From contig CAVPSB010000031.1 in assembly GCA_963708025.1 (NCBI GenBank), positions 128,001 to 192,000 of the forward strand: a DNA stretch of 64,000 nt, written 5' to 3'. The notes below the pieces were generated by a model. The model ran no database searches and was not told where the DNA came from. It saw nothing but the letters and a program-made list of their open reading frames with translations. This DNA comes from an uncultured Candidatus Rokubacteria bacterium (GTDB taxonomy: Bacteria; Methylomirabilota; Methylomirabilia; Rokubacteriales; DASRDR01). Below, in pieces: positions 19,922-30,779 of this stretch. Numbering within the stretch: the first letter of the stretch is position 1; every line of letters starts with the position of its first letter. The translations under genes and the position numbers were made by a program.

Positions 19922-22900
19922 ATGAGCCGGCTCAGCTTGAGGCTCTTCGGCGGCTTCGAGGTGGAGGGGGACCTCGGACGGCACCGCGTTGTCCCGACCC
20001 GGAAGGCCCAGGCCCTCCTCGCCTACCTGGCGCTCACGCCCGGCCAGACCCATCCGCGGGACAAGCTGGCCGCGCTCCTCTGGGCCGACACGCCCCCGGG
20101 GCCGGCCCGTACCGCGCTCCGCCAGACCCTCTTCGTCCTCCGGAAGGCGCTCGGCGCCGCCGACGGCGCCCCGCTCGTCATGACGGGCGACGCCGTCGCG
20201 CTGCCGTCGGAGGCCGTGCAGACGGACGTCGGCGGCGTTCGAGCGGGCGGTCGCCGAGGGGACGCCGGCCGCGCTCGAGCACGCGGTCGGGCTCTACCGG
20301 GGCGACCTGTTGGCCGGGCTCGGCGTCGCCGCGCCGATCTTCGAGGACTGGCTCATGAGCGAGCGGGAGCGGCTCCGCGAGCTGGCCCTCGAGGCCCTCG
20401 CGCGGCTCCTCGCCCACCAGCGGACGCGCCGGCGCGACCGCGCCCGCGATGCAGACGGCGCTCCGGCTCCTCGCCCTCGACCCGCTGCAGGAGGCCGTGC
20501 ACCGGACGCTGATGCGCCTCTACGCGCAGCTCGGGCGGCGCGACGCCGCGCTCCGCCAGTACCAGGAGTGCGTCGGAGATCCTCCGCCGCGAGCTGGCGG
20601 TCGAGCCCGAGGCCGAGACCCAGGCGCTGTACCGGGAGATCCTCCGGCAGCGGCCCGTGCCAGACGGCGGCGGGACGCCGGTCGCGGCCGGGCCGTCCGA
20701 GGCGCCGCTCGTCGGTCGCGACGGCGAGGTGACGCGGCTCCACGAGGCGCTGGCCGCGGCGTGGGCCGGACACGGTCGCGTCCTCGCCGTCCTCGGCGAG
20801 GCCGGGATCGGGCAAGAGCCGGCTCGCTGGCCGAGCTCGCCGCCGAGGCCGGACGCCGGGGCGGCTCGATCCTGCTCGGCCGCGCCTACGAGAGCGAGCA
20901 GATCCTGCCGTTCGGGCCCTGGGTCGACTGCGCTCCGGCACGCCGGCGTCCTGATCGACGCGAGGTCCCTGGAGGGTCTCGAGGCGCGTCTGGCTGCGCG
21001 GAGCTGGCGCGCCTGTTCCCGGAGCTGGCGCAGGCCGACCCGCCAGCGGCGGCCGACCCCGGAGACCAGCTCGCGCCTGTTCGAGGCCCTCGCCCGGCTG
21101 CTCCGGCATCTCGCCGTCGCGCCGGCCGCTCGTCGTCCTGCTGGAGGACGTGCCACTGGGCGGACGACATGAGCCTGCGCTTCCTCGCGTTCCTCGGCCG
21201 CCGCCTGCACGCGGCGCCCATCCTGGTGGCGATCAGCGTCCGCGAGGAGGAGGTGATCGACAGCCCGCTGCTTCGCCGCGACGCTCGACGAGCTCGCGGC
21301 CGAGGGGCGGCTGGTCCGCCTGACGCTGCCGCATCGCTCGACCATGACGACACGCTGGCGCTCGTCCGTCTGCTCGGGCGCGCGGACAGCCGGGCGGTCG
21401 CCGTGACGCAGCGGGGCGAGCAGGTCTGGGCGGCCAGCGCCGGCAATCCGTTCATCGTGGTCGAGACGATGCGCGCGATCGGTGACGGGTCCGAGGTGGA
21501 GTCCCTGGCCAGCCTGCCGGTCCCGACGCGGGTCCGGGACATGATCGCCCGCCGCCTCGACCGCCTCCAGCCGCTCGGACGGCAGCTCGCCAGCGTGGCC
21601 GCCGTCATCGGCCGCGAGTTCGACTTCGCCTTGCTCCAGGAGGCCGCGGGTCTCGATCCCCGCGACGCGGCCGAGGGCCTCGAGGAGCTGGTCCGCCGGC
21701 GCGTGGTGCACGGGGTCGGCGACCGCTTCGACTTCACGCACGACCGGATCCGGGAGGTGGCGTCTGGCCGGCTCTTGCTCCCGCGCCGGCGCGCGCTGCA
21801 TGGCGCCGTGGCGGCCGCGATGGAAGCGCTGCACGCGGGGAGCCTCGAGCCCCACTACGCGGCGCTGGCCTTCCATTATCGGGAAGGCGAGACATGGCCG
21901 AAAGCGCTCGAGTATCTCCAGCGGGCGGGCGCCCAGGCCATGGCCCGCGGCGCCTACCGGGAAGCGGCGACCTGCCTCGAACAGGCGCTCACCGCCGCCG
22001 AGCGCCTGGCCGGCCCGGAGGCAGCGCAATCGGCCCTGGAGCTGCGCCTCCGCCTGCGGAACGCGCTCCTGCCTCTCGGAGACCAGGCCCGGATGCTCGA
22101 CAACCTCCGGGAGGCGGAAGCCCTCGCCGAGCGGCTGGGCGATCAGCGCCGGCTCGGCTGGATCCTTTCGTACTCGGCTCTGGAGGTCTGGCGGCTCGGC
22201 GATCGGAGCGGGCGATCGGTCTCGCCGGGCGGGTCCTCGCCATCGCCGGGACTCTCGACGACGCCGGCCTGCGCATCATCGCGGGGATTCGACTGGGGCA
22301 GGCCTTTCACGGCCTCGGTCGGTACGCCGAGGCGATCGACGCGCTGCGGACGACGACCGCCGAGCTACACGGCGACCGGCGACGCGAGCAGTACGGTCTG
22401 TCGGCCCCACCCTCGGTGATCGCCCGGACCTGGCTCGCCTGGTGCCTGGCGGAGCGCGGGGAGTTCGCCGAGGGTCAGCGTCACGCCGAGGAGGGGCTCG
22501 CCATCGGCGAGGAGGTGAACCAGCCCTACCCGCTCGTGGCGGCGTGCTTCGGGCTCGGCCTCCTCCACCTCCGGCGCGGCAACGTCAACGATGCGATCCG
22601 CCTGCTCGAGCGGGGCATGGCGCTCGGTCGAGTCCGGGAGATCCCGGTCTTCTCCGCCTGGACCGCATCGTCGCTCGCCCTGGCCTACCTGCTGGCCGGC
22701 CAGCCCGAGCGAGGCCGGCCTCTCCTGGAGCCGCCCGTGGAGTCCGACATCCTGGCGAAGGCGGCCCAGCAGGCGTTCCCGTTCCTGTGGCTGGGCGAGG
22801 CGCATCTCCTGGCCGGTCGCCTCGACGCGGCCGCCGAGCGCGCCCGCCAGGCGCTCGGCCTCGCCCGCGCCCGGCGCGACCGCGGACACGAGGCGTACGC

Positions 22901-23135
22901 CCTGCGTCTCCTGGCCGAGGTCGCGGCTCGTCGCGAGGCCCCGGACGCCGTCGAGGCCGAGAGTCTGCATCGCCGCGCCATCGCGACGGCGGAGGAGCTG
23001 GGGATGCGGCCGCTCGCGGCCCACTGCCGGGCCGGTCTCGGCCGACTCTACCATCGAATGGGCCGCGCTGACGCTGGCGCGGCCGAAGCCGCCGCCGCGA
23101 CGGCGGCCTACCGGTCGATGGGGATGAACATCTGA
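19922..23135 (+). CDS. SARP/BTAD-AAA ATPase-TPR activator (copy B; many frameshifts)
   Basis: LRLFGGF, RDKLAALLW, LDPLQE, GEAGIG, HWADD, FTHDRIRE, TPR tail, spread across several frames. Confidence 0.8.
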
Positions 23136-23158
23136 GCGAGGCGAAAGCGGGTAGGGCG

Positions 23159-23644
23159 TCAGGGGGCCGAGCCGGCGGGCGGCATCGCGGGGCCCAGGTC
23201 CGTGACCGGGCTCGCGTAGGTGCCGGCCCAGCGGACGACGGTGCCGTCAGAGCCCGCCACCGGCGCCCCCTCGACCCAGAAGCGGTTCCGGTGCTGCGTG
23301 CGCTCCCGGAACCCCTCCGGAAGCTCGATCGGCTTCCGCACGAAGGCGCTCAACGCCATGTCGCCGGTGACCACGATGGTCCGGTCGGGGCCGGGCTGGG
23401 TCCGCTCCGTCGGGCGCGCCAGGCCGAAGAAGCGCGGCAGGAGGCCTTGATAGACCCACGCGCTCCCGATCCTCACCGGCTCTCCGGGAAGAATGACCCC
23501 GAGCCGAGGCATGGCCTGGAGCAGGGCACGCAGCCCATCGTCCCCGATGTCAACGGCGCCGAAGTGCGGCGACGCGATGTACGCCCGCGACGGCTGGGTC
23601 CGGGTTAACATGACCCGTCCGAGAGGACGTTCGATCCCCGACAT
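23159..23644 (-). CDS. hypothetical protein
   Basis: 161-aa ORF with coding-like codon use; no motif recognised. Confidence 0.55.
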   Translation of the reverse strand: MSGIERPLGRVMLTRTQPSRAYIASPHFGAVDIGDDGLRALLQAMPRLGVILPGEPVRIGSAWVYQGLLPRFFGLARPTERTQPGPDRTIVVTGDMALSAFVRKPIELPEGFRERTQHRNRFWVEGAPVAGSDGTVVRWAGTYASPVTDLGPAMPPAGSAP

Positions 23645-23772
23645 GCTCGCCCCATGTTATCGTGAGAGTTCTCCGACGTGAGAGCGGGCAGGGACCCCGT
23701 GCCGCACGTCCGACACCGGCCCCGCTCGCTGCTGGCGGGCCGCCCGGCCTGGCTCACTCGTCGATCGGCCGA

Positions 23773-25004
23773 TCAGCCGAGCGCCCGGAGGCGCCGGGAG
23801 GTGAGGAGCAGCAGCGCGTTGGCGGCGACCATGGCGCCGCCGACCGCCACCGCGAAGCGGGCGCTCACCGCCGCCGCCATCGCTCCCGCCAGGAGGCCCC
23901 CGAGCGGCACCAGGTTCCAGCAGAGGGCGTAGAGGCTCATCACGCGGCCCCGGAGGCGATCGGGGACGGTCTGCTGGACGAGCGTGCTGACTTGCGTCAG
24001 GTAGAAGGTGTTGCTGAAGCCGACGAGCACCAGGGTCGGCAGGGCCAGCCCCATCCCGGGCGACTGGGAGAACAGGATGAGGAACAGCCCGAGGCCCACC
24101 GCCGCCGTCAGCAGCGCCGTGCCGGGGCGCCGGATCCGGCTGGCGAGCGTGGCCAGGGTGAGCGTGCCGATCAGCGCTCCGACACCGTGGGCGGCGCTCA
24201 GGAGCCCGTAGCCGGCCGAGCCTGCCGCGAAGTACCCGTCCGCGTAGATCGGGAGCAGGGTGATGTAGGAGAGGCCGAACAGGCTGTTGAACAGGGCCAG
24301 GCCGATCAGCCCCGCGAACACGAAGTTGCCCCCGACGAAGCGCAGGCCCTCGAGGAGCTGGAGGAGGACGCTGCGCCCGTCACCGGCCGGGGGCTCGCCG
24401 CTCGGACCCGAGGCGGCTGTAGAGGATCAGCGCGACGCAGGACGCCCCCGCCGCCAGCCCGAACCCGACGGTGCCGCCGAAGGCCGCGATGAGGATGCCG
24501 GTGATCGACGGGCCGATCATCCGTCCGGCCTGCCAGGGGATGGAGCCGAGGGCGACCGCGTTCGGGAGCCGCTCGCGATCGACGAGCTGGGGGATCAGCG
24601 ACATCCGGCTCGGCTCGTCGAAGGCCCGGAAGGTGTAGCTCAAGCGCCGCCAGCACCAGCAGGTGCTCGACCCGGACGAGCCCGAGCAGCGTCAGGACGA
24701 AGGCGACCGTCAGGGTCAGGGCGGTCAGGATCTGGGTGCCGATCAGGAGGCGCAGCCGGTTGGTGCGATCGGCCAGGACGCCGCCGAACAGCTGGAAGAC
24801 GACCAGCGGCACCCCCTGGGCCAGGCCGAGGTAGCCCAGGGCCAGCGGGTCGTGGGTCACCTCCCACGTGATCCAGGCGAAGGTGACGTATTCCGCCCGG
24901 TGCCCGAGGACGTAGAAGACGAGGCCGATCCAGTAGAGGCAGTAGTTCCGCGTCTCGAGCGCGGCGAACGTGGAGAGCCTGGCGGTCCGGGTGGAGGCAG
25001 GCAA
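23773..25004 (-). CDS. MFS transporter (two frameshifts near 24640 and 24390)
   Basis: TFAALETRNY, GGVLADRTNR, VPDRLRGRVMS and multiple TM helices. Confidence 0.85.
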
Positions 25005-25014
25005 CTCCTCGCGG

Positions 25015-25950
25015 TCACTCCACCGTCAGCACGGCCTTGCCGGGGAAGCGACGGGCGATGAGGTCCTGGGCGACCTGGGCGATCTCCGCCCACGGCCGCT
25101 CGAGGCTGATGTGGGGCGCGAGCTGCCCCGTCGCCACCAGCTCGGCGAGCCGGCGGAGGCCGACCGCCGCCGGCTCGCTCCCCAGCTCGGCGAAGAGGTA
25201 GAGGCCGTAGAGCGTCGCGCGGCCGCCGACGAAGAACTGCCGGGCGTCGAAGGTGACCTCGGCGGAGGCCGAGACGCCGAACGCCACGCAGACGCCGCCG
25301 CGCTCGAGGGCGGCCAGGGCGGTGCCGAGCGTGCGGCCGCCCACCGAGTCGAGGACGAGGTCGTACTTGGGCGAGGGCGGGATCTCGTCGCCCACCACCA
25401 CCTCGTGGGCGCCGAGCTGGCGGAGCGCCGGCGCCTGGTCGGCGCGGCGGGCGCTCGCGGTCACGTGGGCGCCGCCGAGCCGCGCGAGCTGGACCGCGAA
25501 GTCGCCGACGCCGCCGGTGGCGCCGGTGACGAGCACGCGACGGCCCAGCGCGAGCCCGCCCTTCGCGAGCGCGTGGAGCGCGGTGAGCCCGGCCACCGGG
25601 AAGGTGGCGGCCTGGGAGAGCGTCACCTTGTCGGGCAGCTCGGCGAGCGCGTGGGTCGGCACCGCCACCCGCTCCGCCCACGCCCCTTCGGGCAGGAGCC
25701 CGACCACCCGCGCGCCGGCGCGCGGGCCCGAGCCGTCGGCGGCGGCGCGCTCGACCTCGCCGGCCAGGTCCCAGCCCGGGCGCCAGCCGGCCGCCGCCAT
25801 GCCCGCCCGCCGCACCTCGCCGCGGTTGAGCGAGATGGCCCGCACGCGGACGACCGCCTCGCCGCGGTCGGGCGCGGGGTCCGCCACCGGGCGGATGACG
25901 AGCCGGCCCGGCGCCTCCGGATCGACGACGACGGCACGATTGGCGCTCAC
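25015..25950 (-). CDS. zinc-binding dehydrogenase / quinone oxidoreductase (MDR)
   Basis: AISLNRGE, PGWDLAG, VLVTGATGGVG, GKAVL. Confidence 0.9.
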   Translation of the reverse strand: MSANRAVVVDPEAPGRLVIRPVADPAPDRGEAVVRVRAISLNRGEVRRAGMAAAGWRPGWDLAGEVERAAADGSGPRAGARVVGLLPEGAWAERVAVPTHALAELPDKVTLSQAATFPVAGLTALHALAKGGLALGRRVLVTGATGGVGDFAVQLARLGGAHVTASARRADQAPALRQLGAHEVVVGDEIPPSPKYDLVLDSVGGRTLGTALAALERGGVCVAFGVSASAEVTFDARQFFVGGRATLYGLYLFAELGSEPAAVGLRRLAELVATGQLAPHISLERPWAEIAQVAQDLIARRFPGKAVLTVE

Positions 25951-26048
25951 GGCTGGCCTCGCTTCCTGTCAGGCGGCGTCGGGCGGAGCCGCCACGACGT
26001 CCTCGTACCGGTGCCGCCGGGTGATCAGGCCGGAGTGCTGGAACCCTC

Positions 26049-27158
26049 TCATTCCCGGTACACGATCACGCTGCGCTTGACCTCCCCGTGACGCAGGAGG
26101 TCGAAGGCCTCGTTGATCCCGGCCAGCGGCAGTCGCCGGCTGATCAGCTCGTCGAGCTTGTACTTGCCGTCCATGTAGAGGTCGATCAGCATCGGCACGT
26201 CGGTGCGCTGGTGCCCGCCGCCGAACGAGGTGCCGGTGAGCGTGCGCTGCTGCAGGAACATTGTCGGGTCGAGCGACAGCCGGGTCCCGGCGGGGCACAC
26301 GCCCACCACCACCACCATGCCGCCCCGGTGCGTGGACGCCAGCGCCTGCTCGATGGTCTTCTGCGTCCCGACGACCTCGAAGGCGTAGTCCACGCCGCTC
26401 CGGCCGGCGATGGCCTGGACCCGCGCGACGGGATCCTCCCTCGCCGCGTTTACGACGTGGGTCGCGCCGAACTCCTCGGCCCATTTCAGCTTCTGCTGCA
26501 GCACGTCGACCGCGATGATCTTCCCGGCGCCCACGAGCCGGGCCGCCTGGATCGCGTTGAGCCCCACCCCGCCGCAGCCGAAGACGGCGACGGTGGCCCC
26601 GGGCGGCACCCTGGCGTGGTTGATCACCGGGCCGGCGCCGGCCAGCACGCCGCAGCTCACGAGGCACGCCACGTCGAGCGGCACATCCTTGCGGATGGGA
26701 ATCACGCCGTCCTCGAGCATCACCGCGTGGGTGGCGTAGCCGGAGACCTGGAGGAAGTGGTGGAGCGCCTGGCCGTCCTTCCGGAACCGGCTCGTCCCGT
26801 CGAGCATGAACCAGCGGGGCTTGTCGCGCAGCGCGCACAGGGTCGGCCGGCCGTTGATGCAGTACCAGCACCGCCCGCAGGACGGGATGTAGCTGGAGCA
26901 CACGTGATCCCCGACCGCGACCGACTCCACGCCGGCGCCGACCCGCTCGACCACGCCGGCGGCCTCGTGCCCCAGCACCACCGGCAACGGATGCGGGTAG
27001 TCGCCCGTGATCACGTGCAGGTCGCTGTGGCAGACGCCGTTGGCCACGAGCCGGACGAGCACCTCGTGGGGCCCCGGCTCGAGCACCTCCACGTCCTCGA
27101 CGACCAGGGGCTTGTTCAGCTCGTACAGGACCGCGGCACTGGCGCGCATGGCGCTCAT
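26049..27158 (-). CDS. Zn-dependent alcohol dehydrogenase
   Basis: GVCHSD, LGHEAAG, CGRCWYC..C, GCGGVG. Confidence 0.93.
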   Translation of the reverse strand: MSAMRASAAVLYELNKPLVVEDVEVLEPGPHEVLVRLVANGVCHSDLHVITGDYPHPLPVVLGHEAAGVVERVGAGVESVAVGDHVCSSYIPSCGRCWYCINGRPTLCALRDKPRWFMLDGTSRFRKDGQALHHFLQVSGYATHAVMLEDGVIPIRKDVPLDVACLVSCGVLAGAGPVINHARVPPGATVAVFGCGGVGLNAIQAARLVGAGKIIAVDVLQQKLKWAEEFGATHVVNAAREDPVARVQAIAGRSGVDYAFEVVGTQKTIEQALASTHRGGMVVVVGVCPAGTRLSLDPTMFLQQRTLTGTSFGGGHQRTDVPMLIDLYMDGKYKLDELISRRLPLAGINEAFDLLRHGEVKRSVIVYRE

Positions 27159-27991
27159 CGGTCACCCCCGAAGATGGCTTTCAGCTCCTTGCTGGGGACG
27201 GTGTCGCGCACCCAGGTGAACCCGCCCTGTCTCCTTCATCTCGCGGGCGCCCTTGAGGAAGGCGGCCAGGGCGAGCCGCGACAGCGCGCCGCCGACGCTG
27301 ACGCGCTTGACGCCGGCCTCGGCGAGCTGGGCGAGCGTGATGGCCGGGTCGGCGGCGCTCATCACGACGTTGACCGGCTTGCCCACCGCGGCGACGACGG
27401 TGCGGATGGTGGCGAGGTCGCGGAGCCCCGGCGCGTACAGCACGTCGGCCCCGGCCTTCTCGAAGGCCTGGAGCCGCCGGATGGTGTCGTCGAGGTCGAG
27501 GCGGCCGTGGAGGAGGTTCTCCGCCCTCGCCGTCAGCACGAAGGGGAGCGGGCAGCGACGCGCGCGACCTCGACCGCGGCGTGCACCCGCTCGACCGCGA
27601 GCGCGAAGTCGTAGATCGGCCGGGCCGGGTCGCCCGTCGCGTCCTCGATCGAGCCGCCCACGACGCCCGCCTCCGCCGCCAGCCGGATCATCTCGGCGGC
27701 GGCCCGCGGCTCGTGGGCGTAGCCGTTCTCCAGGTCGGCGTTGACGGGCAGGTCCGTCGCCCCGGCGATCGCCCGGCAGTTCTCGAGGACCTCGCCCCGG
27801 CTCACCGCGCCGGTCCCGTCGACCCGGCCGAGCATGTTCGCCAGCCCCAGGCTCGTCGTCGCCAGGGCCTCGAAGCCGAGCGCGGCAAGGAGCCGGGCGG
27901 TGCCCGCGTCCCAGGGGTTCGGAATGATGAAGGCGCCCGGCCGCGCGTGCAGCGCCCGGAACGCCGCCGCCTTCTCCGCCTGCGTCCGCAT
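27155..27991 (-). CDS. isocitrate lyase/PEP mutase family protein (frameshifts near 27560 and 27225)
   Basis: PNPWDAG, LATTS, ADLENGY, GSIED, ARAEN, AGADVLYAPG. Confidence 0.88.
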
Positions 27992-28061
27992 GAAAGACCT
28001 CTCCTAACCCTGCTGGAGGCATGAGACGACGTCTGCGTGAATGGGGAATGTCGGATTGCGG

Positions 28062-29333
28062 CTAGGCCTTTTCGAAGTCGATGCGCTCCACCACCGGCAG
28101 CCCCTGGAGATGGCGGCGCAGGCAGTCCAGCGCCATCTCGACCGCGCCCAGGCGCACCCACTCGCGCCCGCCGAGGATGCGGCTCCGCCGGGAGGCGACC
28201 TCCTGTTCCGTCGCGATCGCCAGCCAGATCGTCCCCCCGAAGTCGATCCGGTCGGCGCCCTCGTCGAGGTCGACCAGGACCGCCAGCGCGTGGGTGGCGC
28301 CGGCCTGACGCCGGGCGGCGCGGGCCACCGCCTCGGCCGTCTCGCGGGTGAGCTCGCCCGCCGCCGGAGGGCCGTCGAGGCCAACGGCCGCCCACACCTC
28401 GGCGAGGTCGCGGGCCACGAGGCCCCGGCGGAAGACCTTCTCCGCGCCGGGGAGGGGGGCGACACGGGCGGCGATCGCGCCGCCGGTGAAGGTTTCCACG
28501 ATCGCCAGCGAGCCCTGGCGGCCGGCCAGCTCGCCCAGCACCACGCCCTCGAGCGTCTGGTCGTCCTCGGCCAGGATGAAGTTGCCGAGCCGCCGGCGCA
28601 CTTCCCGCTCGACCGGCGCCAGCTTCCGCCGGATGTCGTCCGGGTCGGTGCCGCGCACGGTCAGCTTGGTCTCGAGCTGCGGGTAGTGGGCCCGGAAGCC
28701 CAGCTTCACGCTCCCATCGGGGGCGAGGGCGTCCACCCCCGCCAGCAGGCTGTCGACGTGCGATTCGCCGAGCCCGTACGAGTGGAACCGCTTCAGGAGG
28801 CTCGCCGTCTGCAGGCCGCTCTTGGCGAGGAGCCGCGGGATGACCTGCTCCTCGAGCATCCGGTGGAGCTCGCGGGGCACGCCGGGGGTGAAGAAGAAGC
28901 GGCCTCGGCCGATGTCGAGCGCGAAGCCGCAGGCGGTGCCGATCGGATTGTCGATCAGCTCGGCGCCGACGGGCAGCATCGCCTGCTTCCGGTTGCTGGG
29001 CGGCATCACGCGGCTGCGCCGGCGGAACAGCTCCGCCATCTTGGCGTACCACTCCTCGCTGAAGACGAGCTCGACGCCGGCGGCCTGAGCCGCGACCTCC
29101 TGGGAGAGATCGTCCACGGTGGGACCCAGGCCCCCGTTGACGATGACCGCGTCGGCGCGCTCCCCGGCGAGCTGGAACGCCCGGAGCAGGGTCTCCCGAT
29201 CGTCGCCGACCGTCGTGCCGCACTGGACCGTGAGCCCGACGTCCTCGAGCTTCTGGCTGATGTAGCCGAAGTTCGTGTTGACGATCTTGCCGGTCAGGAC
29301 CTCGTCACCGGTGCAGATGATCTCGATGCGCAT
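28062..29333 (-). CDS. cinA: CinA-family protein (molybdopterin-binding plus PncC-like domain)
   Basis: EIICTGDEVLTG, GGLGPTVDD, NPIGTACG, PGVPRE, VETFTGG. Confidence 0.85.
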   Translation of the reverse strand: MRIEIICTGDEVLTGKIVNTNFGYISQKLEDVGLTVQCGTTVGDDRETLLRAFQLAGERADAVIVNGGLGPTVDDLSQEVAAQAAGVELVFSEEWYAKMAELFRRRSRVMPPSNRKQAMLPVGAELIDNPIGTACGFALDIGRGRFFFTPGVPRELHRMLEEQVIPRLLAKSGLQTASLLKRFHSYGLGESHVDSLLAGVDALAPDGSVKLGFRAHYPQLETKLTVRGTDPDDIRRKLAPVEREVRRRLGNFILAEDDQTLEGVVLGELAGRQGSLAIVETFTGGAIAARVAPLPGAEKVFRRGLVARDLAEVWAAVGLDGPPAAGELTRETAEAVARAARRQAGATHALAVLVDLDEGADRIDFGGTIWLAIATEQEVASRRSRILGGREWVRLGAVEMALDCLRRHLQGLPVVERIDFEKA

Positions 29334-29403
29334 ACCCCGGGAGCGTAGCACCTGCCCCGGCACGCGGCAACCGTGCGTGCGCGCGGCCGTGCCGTTGAGC
29401 TGG

Positions 29404-30012
29404 CTACCCGGTGAAGCGGCAGACGGGCGGGGACGGCGGATTGGCCGCGGGGTGCAGGACTCCGATCGCCCAGTGGAGGTCGAGCCGCTCCCCGAACCAG
29501 TCCGGGCACCCCGTCCGCGCGTCGATCGCCAGGCCGTTCGTGCGGTTGGTCGCGACGAGGACCTGCATCGGGTCGGGCGGCACTGCCGGGGGCGCCGGGA
29601 CCTCGGGGATTGGCCAGCCGTTCGGGGTGCGGAAGTGTAGCGTGCCCTCGGCGTCACGCTCGATCTGATAGCCCTCCTCGTGCACGGCGCGGTGATGGAA
29701 CCCGCACACCAGCGCGAGGTTGTCCAGCCGGGTCGGGCCCCCGTTCGCCCAGTGATGAAGATGGTGCCCCTGGGTGTGGCGCACCCCGCAGCCCGGGAAC
29801 CGGCACCCCCGGTCCCGCGCCTGCAGCGCTCGTCGCAATGCCGGCGGAATCGTCCGCGTCCGCCGCCCCACGTCGAGCACCTGCCCGTCCCCCGCGTGGC
29901 GGAGGATGACCCGGGTCGCGTCACAGGCCAGCCGCCGGGACGTCTCCGCGGAAACGTGCACGCCGTCCTCGAGCGCCGACTGCCCCGGCTGCTCGGGGTC
30001 GGCCAGCGCGGC
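29404..30012 (-). pseudogene. C-terminal fragment of a DUF222/HNH endonuclease
   Basis: RRLACDA, RDRGCRFPGC, HHLHHWANGG.T.LDNL..VC.FHH..VHE; N-terminal part missing. Confidence 0.8.
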
Positions 30013-30079
30013 GGCGTACGTGGACGACGATCACTGGACGCGATGCCGGGCCGTTTGCCGTCGCGCGCCGCGGTGTGCG

Positions 30080-30769
30080 ATGGTGGCCGGCGTGACGCTC
30101 CTGGCCATCCTCCGGCGCGAGCTGCGCCGGGTCGCCGACCCCGCCAAGGCGCCGGCGATGCAGGCCTACATGAAGTCGGCGATGCCGTACCACGGCGTGT
30201 CGGCTCCCGTCCTGCGGGACGTCTGCCGCCGGGTGTTCGCCGGACACGACCTCTCCGATCCGACCCGCTGGCGGCGCGACGCGCTGGCCCTCTGGCGCCA
30301 GGCGCGCTACCGCGAGGAGCGGTACGGCGCCATCGCCCTCACCGGCGACCGGCGGGCCGTGCCCTTCCAGACGCTCGAGACGCTGGCCATGTACGAGGAG
30401 ATGATCGTCACCGGCGCCTGGTGGGACTACGTGGACGACGTCGCCACCCACCGGCTGGGCCTGCTGCTCCGGCGCTACCCGTCCCGGATGAAGCGGGTCA
30501 TGCGCGTCTGGAGCCGGTCGCCCGACATGTGGAAGCGCCGGAGCGCCATCCTCTGCCAGATCACCTTCAAGGCTGCCACCGACCTGGAGCTGCTCTACGC
30601 CTGCATCGAGCCGTCACTGCCGTCCCGCGAGTTCTTCCTCCGCAAGGCGATCGGCTGGGCGCTGCGCCAGTACGCCTGGACGGATCCCCGTGAAGTGGTC
30701 CGCTACGTGCGGGCCCACCGAGCAGAGCTGAGCCCGCTCAGCCGGCGCGAGGCACTGAAGAACGTCTGA
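30080..30769 (+). CDS. DNA alkylation repair protein (AlkD-like)
   Basis: MQAYMKS, YREER, WWDYVD, EFFLRKAIGWALR. Confidence 0.9.
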   Translation: MVAGVTLLAILRRELRRVADPAKAPAMQAYMKSAMPYHGVSAPVLRDVCRRVFAGHDLSDPTRWRRDALALWRQARYREERYGAIALTGDRRAVPFQTLETLAMYEEMIVTGAWWDYVDDVATHRLGLLLRRYPSRMKRVMRVWSRSPDMWKRRSAILCQITFKAATDLELLYACIEPSLPSREFFLRKAIGWALRQYAWTDPREVVRYVRAHRAELSPLSRREALKNV

Positions 30770-30779
30770 CGGCCCGCCT

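Noticed and set aside
19922-27991. Cluster of apparent pseudogenes (activator B, MFS, PEP mutase family)
   Set aside because: Full-length with intact motifs and mainly single-base indels; treated as probable low-coverage long-read errors
29404-30012. Active HNH-based defence or mobile system
   Set aside because: Only the C-terminal part of a common DUF222/HNH gene remains, with no partners
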